This document shows, in pieces, positions 10,883 through 20,102 of a stretch of DNA of 64,000 bases. Position 1 is the first letter of the stretch, and each line of letters begins with the position of its first letter. This DNA is from Candidatus Poribacteria bacterium (lineage in GTDB: Bacteria > Poribacteria > WGA-4E > WGA-3G), in contig OZ243938.1 of NCBI GenBank assembly GCA_965214095.1, positions 1,280,001 to 1,344,000 on the forward strand, in the 5' to 3' direction. A program made the position numbers and the translations under genes. The notes below the pieces were generated by a model. The model saw only the letters and a list, made by a program, of their open reading frames with translations. It did no database searches and was not told the DNA's origin.

Positions 10883-12443
10883 CGGTATCCGACTCTCCTG
10901 TCATAAATAGTCCTAAAGTCTCAATGTCATCACGATAGTTTGTAGCCTCAATTAGCTTTCCCTTTGACATTACATAAAGCCTATCACTCAGCTGCAACAC
11001 TTCATCCAATTCTGTTGAAATCAAAAGGACTGACTTTTTCAATGTTCGTTGGGCAAGTAAATTTAGATGCACATATTGTGCTGCACTAATATCCAATCCT
11101 CGTGTAGGATTAACTGCAATCAGCAATTCAGGTTGTGGTGATATTTCTCTTGCGAGGACAATTTTCTGTTGGTTTCCACCTGAAAGGGTTGATGCTGCCG
11201 CGTCTGCAATGGGTGGACGTATATTGTATGCATCAATTAAACTTGATGAATGTTCATATCTCAGTCTTTGATCAATTATACCCCACTTTGAAATTTTATC
11301 AATTTGTGAAGTATTTAACATAAGGTTCTCTGCTATAGAGAAAGTAGTGATCACACCTGTTGTGCGTCTATCTTCTGGGATATAACCGACACCACACTGT
11401 CGGATGTGCTTTGTTCCAATCGGTTTTCTACCTAAGATCTCAATTTGTCCTGTAACTGATGTGCGTAGTCCCATAATTGCTTCAGCCAATTCGCGTTGAC
11501 CATTTCCATCAACACCTGCTATACCTACAATTTCTCCTCTAAATGTGTTTAATGTAATATCGGCAACGGCTATTTCATTACGATTTCCTTTTACTTTCAA
11601 ACCTGAGATATGAAGTACAAGGTCAGTTGTTGCTTCAGTTTCTTTTCTTTCAATTTCAGGTATTTCTTCTCCAATCATTTCTTTAGCAAGTTCTCGTGCG
11701 GAGAGTTCACCTGTTTTTCCTTGATATACTTTCTTACCTCTTCTCAAGACTGTGATTCTATCGCTAACTTCCAATACCTCTTTCATTTTGTGACTAATGA
11801 ATATGATAGAACGATTGTCTGCTTGTAGCAATCGCAGTATAGAAAAGAAACTGTTTACTTCTTGTGGACTAAGAACAGCAGTGGGTTCATCGAGAATCAG
11901 TATTCTTGCATCAACTGCGAGTGCCTTGAGTATCTCAACACGTTGCTTTAATCCGACAGATAAGGTGCTGATAAGGGCATTCGGATCAACATCTAAGTTA
12001 AACTGGTGAGAGAGTGCGTTTGTAATCTGTATGGCTTCATCTTTTTTATAGCGAAATTTACTAAGGCTCGGCATTATTTCATCGGTTGTATCTGGAGTAG
12101 AACGTTCTCGTGAACTGAATTGGGAAACAGTGAGTGCGATATTCTCTGCTACCGTAAGGTTCTCAACCAACATAAAATGTTGATGTACCATACCGATACC
12201 GTGTTCAATTGCATCTTTTGGTGATTTTAAGCGGGTTGGGATACCTGAGATGGAGATATTACCGCTTGTAGGTTGGTATAGTCCGTAGATGAGATTCATC
12301 AGTGTAGATTTCCCAGCACCGTTCTCACCTAATATAGCATGGATTTCACTTGACTTTATTTCAAAATTGATATTGTCAACTGCGACAAGGTCACCGAACT
12401 TTTTCGTGACATTTTGTAGTTGAAGTATATTATCTGTTTCCAT
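10875..12443 (-). CDS. ABC transporter ATP-binding protein with two NBDs (NupO/YufO-like)
   Basis: Walker A GENGAGKST, GMVHQHF, LDEPT, second signature LSGGNQQK and PTRGLD. Confidence 0.93.
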   Translation of the reverse strand: METDNILQLQNVTKKFGDLVAVDNINFEIKSSEIHAILGENGAGKSTLMNLIYGLYQPTSGNISISGIPTRLKSPKDAIEHGIGMVHQHFMLVENLTVAENIALTVSQFSSRERSTPDTTDEIMPSLSKFRYKKDEAIQITNALSHQFNLDVDPNALISTLSVGLKQRVEILKALAVDARILILDEPTAVLSPQEVNSFFSILRLLQADNRSIIFISHKMKEVLEVSDRITVLRRGKKVYQGKTGELSARELAKEMIGEEIPEIERKETEATTDLVLHISGLKVKGNRNEIAVADITLNTFRGEIVGIAGVDGNGQRELAEAIMGLRTSVTGQIEILGRKPIGTKHIRQCGVGYIPEDRRTTGVITTFSIAENLMLNTSQIDKISKWGIIDQRLRYEHSSSLIDAYNIRPPIADAAASTLSGGNQQKIVLAREISPQPELLIAVNPTRGLDISAAQYVHLNLLAQRTLKKSVLLISTELDEVLQLSDRLYVMSKGKLIEATNYRDDIETLGLFMTGESDTVA

Positions 12444-13295
12444 TTATATCGCACACCATTTTTCAGCTCTATTATCTGTCAATTCACCATCATAAGCAAC
12501 AAATCGTAGTCCAATTTTCCATGTGTCTTGAGATTTAGTTTGCACTGTACCTGTCTGCGTAGGATTATATAGAGCCATTCCATAATCACGGATAAACCAA
12601 GGACCGCGGACTTCATCGTCAAGTATTTTCATAAAGACACCTAAATGACCGTGTCCGTGAAGCGTATTTTGGTATGCGATATAATCCGATAAATTGTCGT
12701 CTATCACCTCAACTTTGCCTCTTCGGTCGTTATCACCAATAACCACACCACCCATCACCGGTAACAGTCTCGGTTCAACTCGCATACCGATACTGCCATA
12801 TTTTGTTTGTGGATATTCAACATCACCATAAGCAGCTACTTTTTCACTTGTCATTTCACAAACTGTACCGTCCTCAATAGCATAAAGATTAACAGAGCGT
12901 TTTTCATCAATCAAGGGTTCTTCGTTTGCATCACGCCAAACAATATTTTGTGTAAACTGCACACCATTTGCATGTAGTGATATATCAATTTCTTTCTGAG
13001 TTTCCATGCGTCCCAAGTTCTCAAAAAGTCGGTCAGTAAAGGATCGTCGTGGGGGTGCTCCCCAAAACCACGCTTCTCGTTCTGCTACCTTGACGGGAGC
13101 TTGTCCGACAAATATACCGTTATGAAAGGGATGGTCAAAAGCGAACTCCTGAATAACTGTGTGTCCTGAAGGGGTATAAAATGGAAAAACAAACGGGCGG
13201 TAAAAGTTTGTACCAATTCCACCTAAACACCGACCTGTATTGGTTTCAACAACTAAATGTGTTCTTGCATTTATAATAACTTCGTAATTGCTCAT
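12444..13295 (-). CDS. PmoA/DUF6807-family protein of unknown function (not methane monooxygenase)
   Basis: Motifs RPFVFP.YTPSG, DHPFHNG and WF.RDYG. Start placed at ATG 13295 with an AGGTG RBS; the longer ORF start lies inside a repeat element. Confidence 0.65.
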   Translation of the reverse strand: MSNYEVIINARTHLVVETNTGRCLGGIGTNFYRPFVFPFYTPSGHTVIQEFAFDHPFHNGIFVGQAPVKVAEREAWFWGAPPRRSFTDRLFENLGRMETQKEIDISLHANGVQFTQNIVWRDANEEPLIDEKRSVNLYAIEDGTVCEMTSEKVAAYGDVEYPQTKYGSIGMRVEPRLLPVMGGVVIGDNDRRGKVEVIDDNLSDYIAYQNTLHGHGHLGVFMKILDDEVRGPWFIRDYGMALYNPTQTGTVQTKSQDTWKIGLRFVAYDGELTDNRAEKWCAI

Positions 13296-13304
13296 ATATT
13301 CACC

Positions 13305-13434
13305 TAGTGGAGTGTCCATTCTTATATTGTAGGTCGGGTAGAGGCACGACACCCGACTTTATTGATGATATAAGGCTGCATGTCGGGTTTCGTGCCTCTA
13401 CCCGACCTACAATTTTAGTGTAGACAGAACACTA
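13305..13434. repeat. REPIN-like GTAG REP doublet inside a degenerate inverted-repeat shell
   Basis: 32-bp arms at 13326-13357 and 13382-13413 (ATTGTAGGTCGGGTAGAGGCACGA[C/A]ACCCGAC, 1 mismatch) with a 24-nt spacer. Outer imperfect IR TAGTGGAGTGTCCA / TAGACAGAACACTA matches at 10/14. Confidence 0.85.
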
Positions 13435-13527
13435 ACTTGTGTTTTGAAATTGATCTGGAAACGTCTCTACATAGAAACTATTTCACAAAGTATAATAATG
13501 GATTGAATATTGATTATATCTCAATAA

Positions 13528-13556
13528 AGTATATGGTATCAATATTGAGATGTCAA
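13528..13556 (-). promoter_or_regulatory. Sigma70-type promoter for the DUF6807-ABC operon, overlapped by an inverted repeat
   Basis: Minus strand TTGACA-17-TATACT; IR ATCTCAATA (13518-13526) / TATTGAGAT (13543-13551). Confidence 0.7.
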
Positions 13557-13585
13557 CGTCAAATTGAAATCCATCTTTCTGCATC

Positions 13586-13614
13586 TTGCTTAATATGGTA
13601 GTTTGTGGTATAAT
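13586..13614 (+). promoter_or_regulatory. Sigma70-type promoter with extended -10
   Basis: TTGCTT-17-TATAAT with TGn before the -10, upstream of a GAGGAGG RBS and ATG 13651. Confidence 0.65.
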
Positions 13615-13650
13615 GAATCAAACAACACAAGTAATGAGGAGGAAAAGATT

Positions 13651-13998
13651 ATGCCGTATTGTCCAGAATGTAACACAGAATATAAAGAGACAGTAATGAT
13701 CTGTTCTGAATGTGATGTAGATCTTCTTCCTGGCTTAGTTCCAACGCAAGGACGAGGTTCTGTTGATTGGTATGCGGTTCACTCTGTACCGAATGAAGTT
13801 ACCGGATATATCCTCAAGAGTGTGTTAGAGGATGAAGGTATTGAAGTTTTCTTACGTTCAAATGAAATACCTGCATACGGTGGGCTTAAAGGAACTTTAG
13901 TAAAATCCGAATGGGGTGAAATTCTCGTTCCTACCTATAGTGTTCAACGAGCTTTGGAGTGTATCAAAGCATATATCGACTCATTAAATCAAGATTAG
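13651..13998 (+). CDS. Zinc-ribbon plus DUF2007-like (putative signal-transducing) protein
   Basis: CPEC...CSEC N-terminus, LKSVLEDEGIEV and EILVP...A motifs; strong RBS before ATG 13651. Confidence 0.7.
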   Translation: MPYCPECNTEYKETVMICSECDVDLLPGLVPTQGRGSVDWYAVHSVPNEVTGYILKSVLEDEGIEVFLRSNEIPAYGGLKGTLVKSEWGEILVPTYSVQRALECIKAYIDSLNQD

Positions 13999-14017
13999 TC
14001 TATGTAGGTAGATTGCT

Positions 14018-14215
14018 ATGAAAGCAAGGCAAATCTACCTGTTTAGAAAAATGAAGACTCCAACTGATACAAGCGGAAAAGTGTTTGTTCATGGATACAG
14101 GCGAAGCAATGGAACTCAGGTTAAATCGTATTGGCGAAAACTCCCGGGAAGACAGATTGGTGCGCGTAGACATAACACGCGAAAAAATGGACAGATACCA
14201 CTTTTTGAAAATTAG
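14018..14215 (+). CDS. Small basic hypothetical protein
   Basis: 65 aa, Arg/Lys-rich, VHGYRRSNGTQVKSYWR motif; AGGT RBS; fits tightly between its neighbours. Confidence 0.6.
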   Translation: MKARQIYLFRKMKTPTDTSGKVFVHGYRRSNGTQVKSYWRKLPGRQIGARRHNTRKNGQIPLFEN

Positions 14216-14221
14216 TTGTAT

Positions 14222-15382
14222 ATGATTAAACGTTACTTTCCTTCAATTATTTTACTGCTTTTATTTACTTGTATATCCATCTATGGAGACGTATACCGTA
14301 TTCGGCAAGGTGACAACCTCCTGATTGCAGTGATTGGACAGCCAGAATATAGTCAATCTGTGCAGGTCAGAGCGGATGGAAGAATTAGTTACTTTGGTGG
14401 AGATATACAGGTAGCAGGAAAAACAACTGAAGAAACAAAAGAGTTAATCAGTGCTTTTTTATTGGAAGATGAACTAATCAAAAACCCAATAATCATGGTT
14501 TCTCTTGTCTCACAAGAAAATGGCGTGTTTGTTGGTGGTGCTGTCAAGACACCAGGACGTTACGTTATTTCGCCAGAGTCGGATATAGATATAAATAGGA
14601 CTATTGCTCTTGCGGGTGGCATGACTGAGAATGCTGACACAACACTTGTTCAACTTATAAGATTTAAGAGCTATAGAGACAAAAAGGCTGAATCAGCACA
14701 AACACAAGATATATCAACATTAGTTGAGACTTATGACCTCTCAACAAATCAACCTATCAAAGATATCCGTGTCAATTCTAATGACCTCGTGTATGTATCA
14801 CAACTAAGTGTGATTGATATACAAGGTGAAGTAAATGCTCCGGGTAAAATATTTGTACACCAAAAAATAGGCGTAGATAATGCATTAGCGAGAGCTGGTG
14901 GTTTTACTGAAGAAGCAAATAGAAAAAGTGTTGTAAAGGTAAGTAAAGATGGGACTTTATCAGAGTTGAACGTTGGTGAAGACTTTTGGAAACCCTCTGG
15001 AAATGACATTGAAACGACATTTCTATCCGATGGAGATGTCCTATTCGTCCCCAATGCATTCAAAGTAGAACCTATTTATGTAAACGGTTACGTGCGAACA
15101 CCTGGGGCACATAGAGTCCGTAGACCTATGACAATACAAAAAGCCATTGCCATTGCTGGTGGTTTTGAAAATGAAGCTAATAGAAACAAGGTACATATAC
15201 ATCGTAGTGATGGTACTACCATAGTTCATGAGATTGAACCTGGTGTTGACAATGTCTTGATTTATCCTGGAGACATTTTAGAGGTAGACAAAAAATTTGA
15301 AATGAACTGGGGATTGATCAGCACTGTCTCAACCACTGTTATCGGCATAACCTATTTTATTATCAACCTTGCACAAAGGTAA
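14222..15382 (+). CDS. Polysaccharide export protein (Wza/Poly_export domain plus three SLBB domains)
   Basis: YRIRQGD...VRADGRIS...GDIQVAGKT, three G.V..PG...A.AGG repeats, and a C-terminal hydrophobic helix. Confidence 0.85.
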   Translation: MIKRYFPSIILLLLFTCISIYGDVYRIRQGDNLLIAVIGQPEYSQSVQVRADGRISYFGGDIQVAGKTTEETKELISAFLLEDELIKNPIIMVSLVSQENGVFVGGAVKTPGRYVISPESDIDINRTIALAGGMTENADTTLVQLIRFKSYRDKKAESAQTQDISTLVETYDLSTNQPIKDIRVNSNDLVYVSQLSVIDIQGEVNAPGKIFVHQKIGVDNALARAGGFTEEANRKSVVKVSKDGTLSELNVGEDFWKPSGNDIETTFLSDGDVLFVPNAFKVEPIYVNGYVRTPGAHRVRRPMTIQKAIAIAGGFENEANRNKVHIHRSDGTTIVHEIEPGVDNVLIYPGDILEVDKKFEMNWGLISTVSTTVIGITYFIINLAQR

Positions 15383-15422
15383 TATCAAAGTGGAAATGTC
15401 TATGTTCAACAGTCCTGAAAAT

Positions 15423-17255
15423 TTAGTAAACTAATAACAGTTTGCTTTGATATGGTTTAAATGTGCGATTAACATAAGTATTTCCGTTTGCATACCAGAT
15501 ATCTAATGGTATGACTTTCCCTGTAGCAAACTCTGTTTCTTGAACTTTCTCAACCCTTCCTATTATTTCAACCAATGTATCATACGATTCATTCTCCGTG
15601 TTGTGTAAATAAAAGGATTGATGGTTTTCGGAAATTCTATGATGTATCTTCACTGTTTCAAGTCGTTGGTTCTCATTGCCATAATATACATTGATAGCAG
15701 GAGTGATCCACTTTTGTAGCAGTTTTCTAAGTTCAATTTCTCTCTCATTTTCTGGACCATCTAATATAGTTGTTCGTCTTCCATAGACAAGACGTTCCAG
15801 CAAATAAGGTTCCAGTCCTATTTTGCCATTCAATAGATAGGGAACAGGAGCATTTACTATTAGTTTCCCTTTTGATTTTGTGAACGATGTCAAACATTGG
15901 ATTGTGTTTTCATGAAGTGACAGACAACTCGGAAGCAAAACCAAGTGGTAATCACCTCCATTGAGATTAATCACGGCATCTTTCTTATCAATGTGAGCAT
16001 CAAATAGTTGTTCTTCAGTGACAATATCAAAATCATATCCCATATTCCATACTATTTGACATAACCAACCCCACGTTTTCGTAATGGAATTCCACTGCTT
16101 CTCTTCAGGTTTCATCCAAAGACTCTGTGTCGGTGCCAGCATTAGTAATTGTCGTTTAGGAAACCCATTTTGTAATACCTCAATTTGTTGATCAGACACT
16201 AATCCATCATTTTTTATTGTATTTCCATGAGTAAGCCATGTATTGAAACCGTGAACAGTGTCATTGTTAAACTGGATTAATGACAGTTTTTCTTTTTGTA
16301 CTATCCCAACATGTTTTGAATGACTGCACACTGATTTAGAGACAACAAACTGACGTGCCGTATCAGATTCTGATCTCACAAGAATAGGACAATCAATTTG
16401 TTGTAAAAGGGTTCTCAGTTCGTATTGAAGGGACCGCGCACTTTCCTGTATAGTCATTGCAAGTCTGAGTTTGTGCTCATGACAGAATTTACGAAGTCCG
16501 GCAATGAAACTTCGAACAAATTGGGAAGTCAATTCCTGCCAGAACACGCTCCTTATCACAGGTGAATTGTATTTTTCGTAAAAAAGAAATGGTAGGAAAC
16601 TTGATCTGGTGTTTTGCGTTCTGCTCTCTAAATCCTGGAAGTTTTCATCACGAATATAATCCAAGAGAGTATTACTCCAAGGTATTGATATTGCATCTGA
16701 GTCAAAAACAGACAAGAATTGGGGAGGTTCAATAGCAAATCCAAGGATTGATTTAGATCTATATGTCTCAAGATATCTGACAGGATATTGTTTAATGAAT
16801 GTATTTACCCCATCGCTACTAAGTAAATCATAGTTGTTTACATCGGACTGATATATGTAAAGAATAGTCCTTCCAATTAAGCGTTCTGCAACTGCAATAT
16901 CTCCTGCAATACAATTTTGGATGTATTCTGTGATGTTGTAATACAATGTTTCTGACCCTGGTTGTGCTACCAGAAAAAACTGATAAAATGTAGAATGACT
17001 ATTTTCCGCATTATTTCCAAACAATAAATGTCGTAAGTATAGTTGTATGTTTTGAGCTTTTTCAGATGCCTTGAACTTTATTTCTAATATGTTCAATCGG
17101 TACCGTGTTTTTAAAACAGTAGAATCCAACTTAATCCATGTCTGCTTTCCTAACCGAGATAGTTTTTTTAACTCAGTTTGATGTGCTGCAGACATATTGA
17201 AATTTGGATAATTTAGTAAATGGCTGTGAACAGGTAAGAAGAAATCGCTGTTCAT
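15423..17255 (-). CDS. Divergent glycoside-hydrolase-like protein (GH106/GH42-type C-terminal domain)
   Basis: GYDFDIVTEEQL...YHLVLLP...L...T...L..F...GK is the GATase-like domain pattern seen in GH106/GH42; the N-terminal barrel is degenerate. Confidence 0.5.
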   Translation of the reverse strand: MNSDFFLPVHSHLLNYPNFNMSAAHQTELKKLSRLGKQTWIKLDSTVLKTRYRLNILEIKFKASEKAQNIQLYLRHLLFGNNAENSHSTFYQFFLVAQPGSETLYYNITEYIQNCIAGDIAVAERLIGRTILYIYQSDVNNYDLLSSDGVNTFIKQYPVRYLETYRSKSILGFAIEPPQFLSVFDSDAISIPWSNTLLDYIRDENFQDLESRTQNTRSSFLPFLFYEKYNSPVIRSVFWQELTSQFVRSFIAGLRKFCHEHKLRLAMTIQESARSLQYELRTLLQQIDCPILVRSESDTARQFVVSKSVCSHSKHVGIVQKEKLSLIQFNNDTVHGFNTWLTHGNTIKNDGLVSDQQIEVLQNGFPKRQLLMLAPTQSLWMKPEEKQWNSITKTWGWLCQIVWNMGYDFDIVTEEQLFDAHIDKKDAVINLNGGDYHLVLLPSCLSLHENTIQCLTSFTKSKGKLIVNAPVPYLLNGKIGLEPYLLERLVYGRRTTILDGPENEREIELRKLLQKWITPAINVYYGNENQRLETVKIHHRISENHQSFYLHNTENESYDTLVEIIGRVEKVQETEFATGKVIPLDIWYANGNTYVNRTFKPYQSKLLLVY

Positions 17256-17414
17256 ACTATCAATGTCCCAGACTGTGGTTTGAATTGTAGGTCTTGTGTT
17301 TCAATATTGTTGCATGTCTATGGTGCATCTGTTATTATATCATCTAATTGGTTGAAATGACAATTTTCCACCAGTTTTATTGGACATTGATAGGTTGAAT
17401 TAGAAAGGATTATT

Positions 17415-18239
17415 ATGATCGGTTTATCATATCATGCAGGTGGAATGAAAGACCTTCCACTACGAGATGTTGTATCTATACTCTCTGATGTTGGTTATGA
17501 TGCTATAGAGATGATGTGTGGTCCTGAAGCACACATCCCATCAGGTGAAATAACAGACTCTGTACTTAGAGATGTCAAACTTTTGACAGATGATCACGGT
17601 TTGCAGATTTCTGTTATCAATCCTTTTACCGGTAAAGGACTCTACCATCTTGCTTTAGAAGATATGCAGACAGCGATTGATCATTACGCCATACTTCAGG
17701 ATGTAGCAGTTGCCCTTGATGCCGGTGGCGTAAATTTTCTCACAGGATATGGTGGTGATAAGGGAGATGCGTATGCTTGGAAAATACTTGTAGATGTCCT
17801 AAAGCCTATCTGTCAACGCGCAGCGGAACTCAGTATTACGATGAATATTCATAATCATGAAGCAAACACTATTGACACATCTTCAAAAGTATTGTTGTTG
17901 ATAGAACACGTTGGTTCTGATGCCTTGAAAGTGCTTAATGATATTACCAATTTCTATCACCTTGGTGAAGACATCGCGGAAGTAACTAAAAAGTTGGGTC
18001 CGCTTACCACTCATTGTCATGTCAAGGGAATAGCAGGAATGTATCCTTACAGCACATTTCTTATTCCAGGTGAGGAAAGAGATGAATTGGACTTTAAAAC
18101 TTTTGCAGAAGCGTTGGGAAATGTAGGATATGACAAATACGTTTCTGTTGAAACTTTCCCACAGATGCGAATGGAGAAAGCACAAATTGCCTACCATAAG
18201 ATGGCTACAACTTTAAAGGAATTAGGATTAAGGGATTGA
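17415..18239 (+). CDS. Sugar phosphate isomerase/epimerase (AP endonuclease 2 TIM barrel)
   Basis: Motifs GYDAIE, HNHE, D.TNF, HCHVKG and GYDKYVSVE. Confidence 0.85.
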   Translation: MIGLSYHAGGMKDLPLRDVVSILSDVGYDAIEMMCGPEAHIPSGEITDSVLRDVKLLTDDHGLQISVINPFTGKGLYHLALEDMQTAIDHYAILQDVAVALDAGGVNFLTGYGGDKGDAYAWKILVDVLKPICQRAAELSITMNIHNHEANTIDTSSKVLLLIEHVGSDALKVLNDITNFYHLGEDIAEVTKKLGPLTTHCHVKGIAGMYPYSTFLIPGEERDELDFKTFAEALGNVGYDKYVSVETFPQMRMEKAQIAYHKMATTLKELGLRD

Positions 18240-18268
18240 TGGATATTTTCTATCTATTCAAGAAATCG

Positions 18269-19054
18269 TTAATCTAATGCTTTAATTCCAGGCCAATCTC
18301 TCCACATATCCTCATTCGGTGGTTCTTCTTGTGTTTCAGACAATTCGGTTTTTCTAAAATCGTATAGCACAGCTTGTCGTATCTGATGTGTATAGTTATG
18401 TCCTGCTGCATGTCCTATACGATGATGCCAGAAGACAATATCCCCTGCCTTACCGTGGCATTCAACACCTGGTTCCCTACTAAGACGTTCCCTGTCAACA
18501 TCGTATTGTGGACTCGGTTCGTTCTTATATTGAGACTTATAATCATAATAGAAGACTTTATGACTACCGGGCCATACAGTAAAGGCACCACCTTCAGGTA
18601 GAACATCATCAATATAACCAACAACACCGAGGTGGAAAGGATGTGCGTCAACATGACAACCGATAGACTTTTTCGGCACATCTCCATAAGGTAGGGTGCA
18701 ATAGATTCCACGAACTCGATTTGGTACGACTAAACTTCCGTCACCTAAAAACTGTTCTGCCATTCGCCAAACGTTAGGATCCGTAGCAAGTAGCTTTACC
18801 ATCCACTCCTCACCACCGGGTTCACGGAAATTCCAGCGGAATCCTTTTCGTCTGTTTGAATTATCTTCATTCTCTTCTTCTGGTTTGAAGGGACCGACCC
18901 ATGTATTGGGATCTTCGCGCAGTCTTCCATCAGGAGCACCTTCCCATAATCTTGTTCTGGCTCTTTCCATGAGTTCTGGGTTCAACACATTTCTCTTTAT
19001 CAGATAACCATTATCTCTAAAAAACGCAATGTCTTCATTTGTGAGTTCGACCAT
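18269..19054 (-). CDS. Phytanoyl-CoA dioxygenase (PhyH) family 2OG-Fe(II) dioxygenase
   Basis: FFRDNGYL, HVD metal motif, GGAFTVWPGSH and AGDIVFWH..IGH; AGGAGG RBS before ATG 19054. Confidence 0.85.
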   Translation of the reverse strand: MVELTNEDIAFFRDNGYLIKRNVLNPELMERARTRLWEGAPDGRLREDPNTWVGPFKPEEENEDNSNRRKGFRWNFREPGGEEWMVKLLATDPNVWRMAEQFLGDGSLVVPNRVRGIYCTLPYGDVPKKSIGCHVDAHPFHLGVVGYIDDVLPEGGAFTVWPGSHKVFYYDYKSQYKNEPSPQYDVDRERLSREPGVECHGKAGDIVFWHHRIGHAAGHNYTHQIRQAVLYDFRKTELSETQEEPPNEDMWRDWPGIKALD

Positions 19055-19184
19055 ATTTTCCTCCTTACCACAGAATTTTAACAATTAAAGTAAGAAAAAG
19101 CAAATATAATTACATTTTTGTTTAATTGTAGGAGAGAAATGGCATTGATGGTGTGCGTATATCAACTGTTGCTCAACCTCTTAC

Positions 19185-19321
19185 TATAGTGAAATCAAAA
19201 AATATATGCACATTTCCGGTAGATGCGGTTTCCCAACCGCATCTATGTAAGTGAACAAACACCGGTTCGGTTAGGAAACCGAACCTACCGTAGTGTGTAA
19301 ATAATTATGGTTTTTACTATA
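19185..19321. mobile_element. 137-bp MITE (TATAGT...ACTATA ends, probable TA duplication) carrying a head-to-head GTAG REP pair
   Basis: Imperfect ~28-bp TIRs; REP hairpins at 19219-19242 and 19265-19288. A second, interrupted copy lies at 58813-59140. Confidence 0.85.
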
Positions 19322-19334
19322 AGTCAACTAATTA

Positions 19335-20102
19335 TTATGCTGTTGCATTAAGTAGATCTTCATTTGAAGCACTAAAACCGTATTGTTGTTCTACTTCTCG
19401 GATTGCAATCTCTGTTGTGAATAGGTTGTCATACGTATCAGGAAACTCAACTCCCGTTGTGGCATCACGGAGCAGAATGATGTTATATCCATACCGAGAC
19501 ATTGAACGGATACCGTAGTCTCTCCCTAATACACACCAATTCGTAGCAAAACCGGCATAGAGAAGATGGAGTATTCCTCGTTCCTCCATCAATTCATGCA
19601 GTTGTTGACCAGTTGCAATGACGAATTCATCCTCTTTTACATCAATTGCAGGAGACATAGAGAGTTGTGATGCAAGTTTGTCCCAATGTATGCCAATCCC
19701 AGGTGGTTGACTACGTGGACCACGATATATATTATAGTTGCCAGAACGACTTCTGAACTCAGCAGGTGGCCATGTATTCGGTGTGGAAGGTTGCGGCGGA
19801 TTGTGTCGTTCAAGTTGTGAATATTGTTCAGCAACTGACGGTGATGGGGCATGAACGATTGTCATTCCAAGCTTGCGTGCAGCATCAATAACTGGGACAA
19901 CACAATCTACAGTAACTTGTTTGGCACGTTCAATCCAACTTTCAATGAAATGCACATTCCACAAATCAACTAAGACCAAAGCAGTCTCGTCGAGTGGTAA
20001 TGGCATTTCAAATTCACGTCGGACGAATTCGGTTTCACGACAGGGTACATCTGCTGGTGTACTATCTTGAAAATAACGGACGCGTAGGTCTAAAGTTTTC
20101 AT
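19335..20102 (-). CDS. Isochorismatase-family cysteine hydrolase
   Basis: Motifs ALVLVDLWN, YAGFATNWCV and LLRDAT; ATGA overlap with the upstream gene. Confidence 0.8.
   Translation of the reverse strand: MKTLDLRVRYFQDSTPADVPCRETEFVRREFEMPLPLDETALVLVDLWNVHFIESWIERAKQVTVDCVVPVIDAARKLGMTIVHAPSPSVAEQYSQLERHNPPQPSTPNTWPPAEFRSRSGNYNIYRGPRSQPPGIGIHWDKLASQLSMSPAIDVKEDEFVIATGQQLHELMEERGILHLLYAGFATNWCVLGRDYGIRSMSRYGYNIILLRDATTGVEFPDTYDNLFTTEIAIREVEQQYGFSASNEDLLNATA

Noticed and set aside
12444-13295. PmoA-family label suggesting methane oxidation
   Set aside because: The protein is soluble with no TM helices and there is no pmoB or pmoC. The family name is a misnomer for DUF6807-type proteins.
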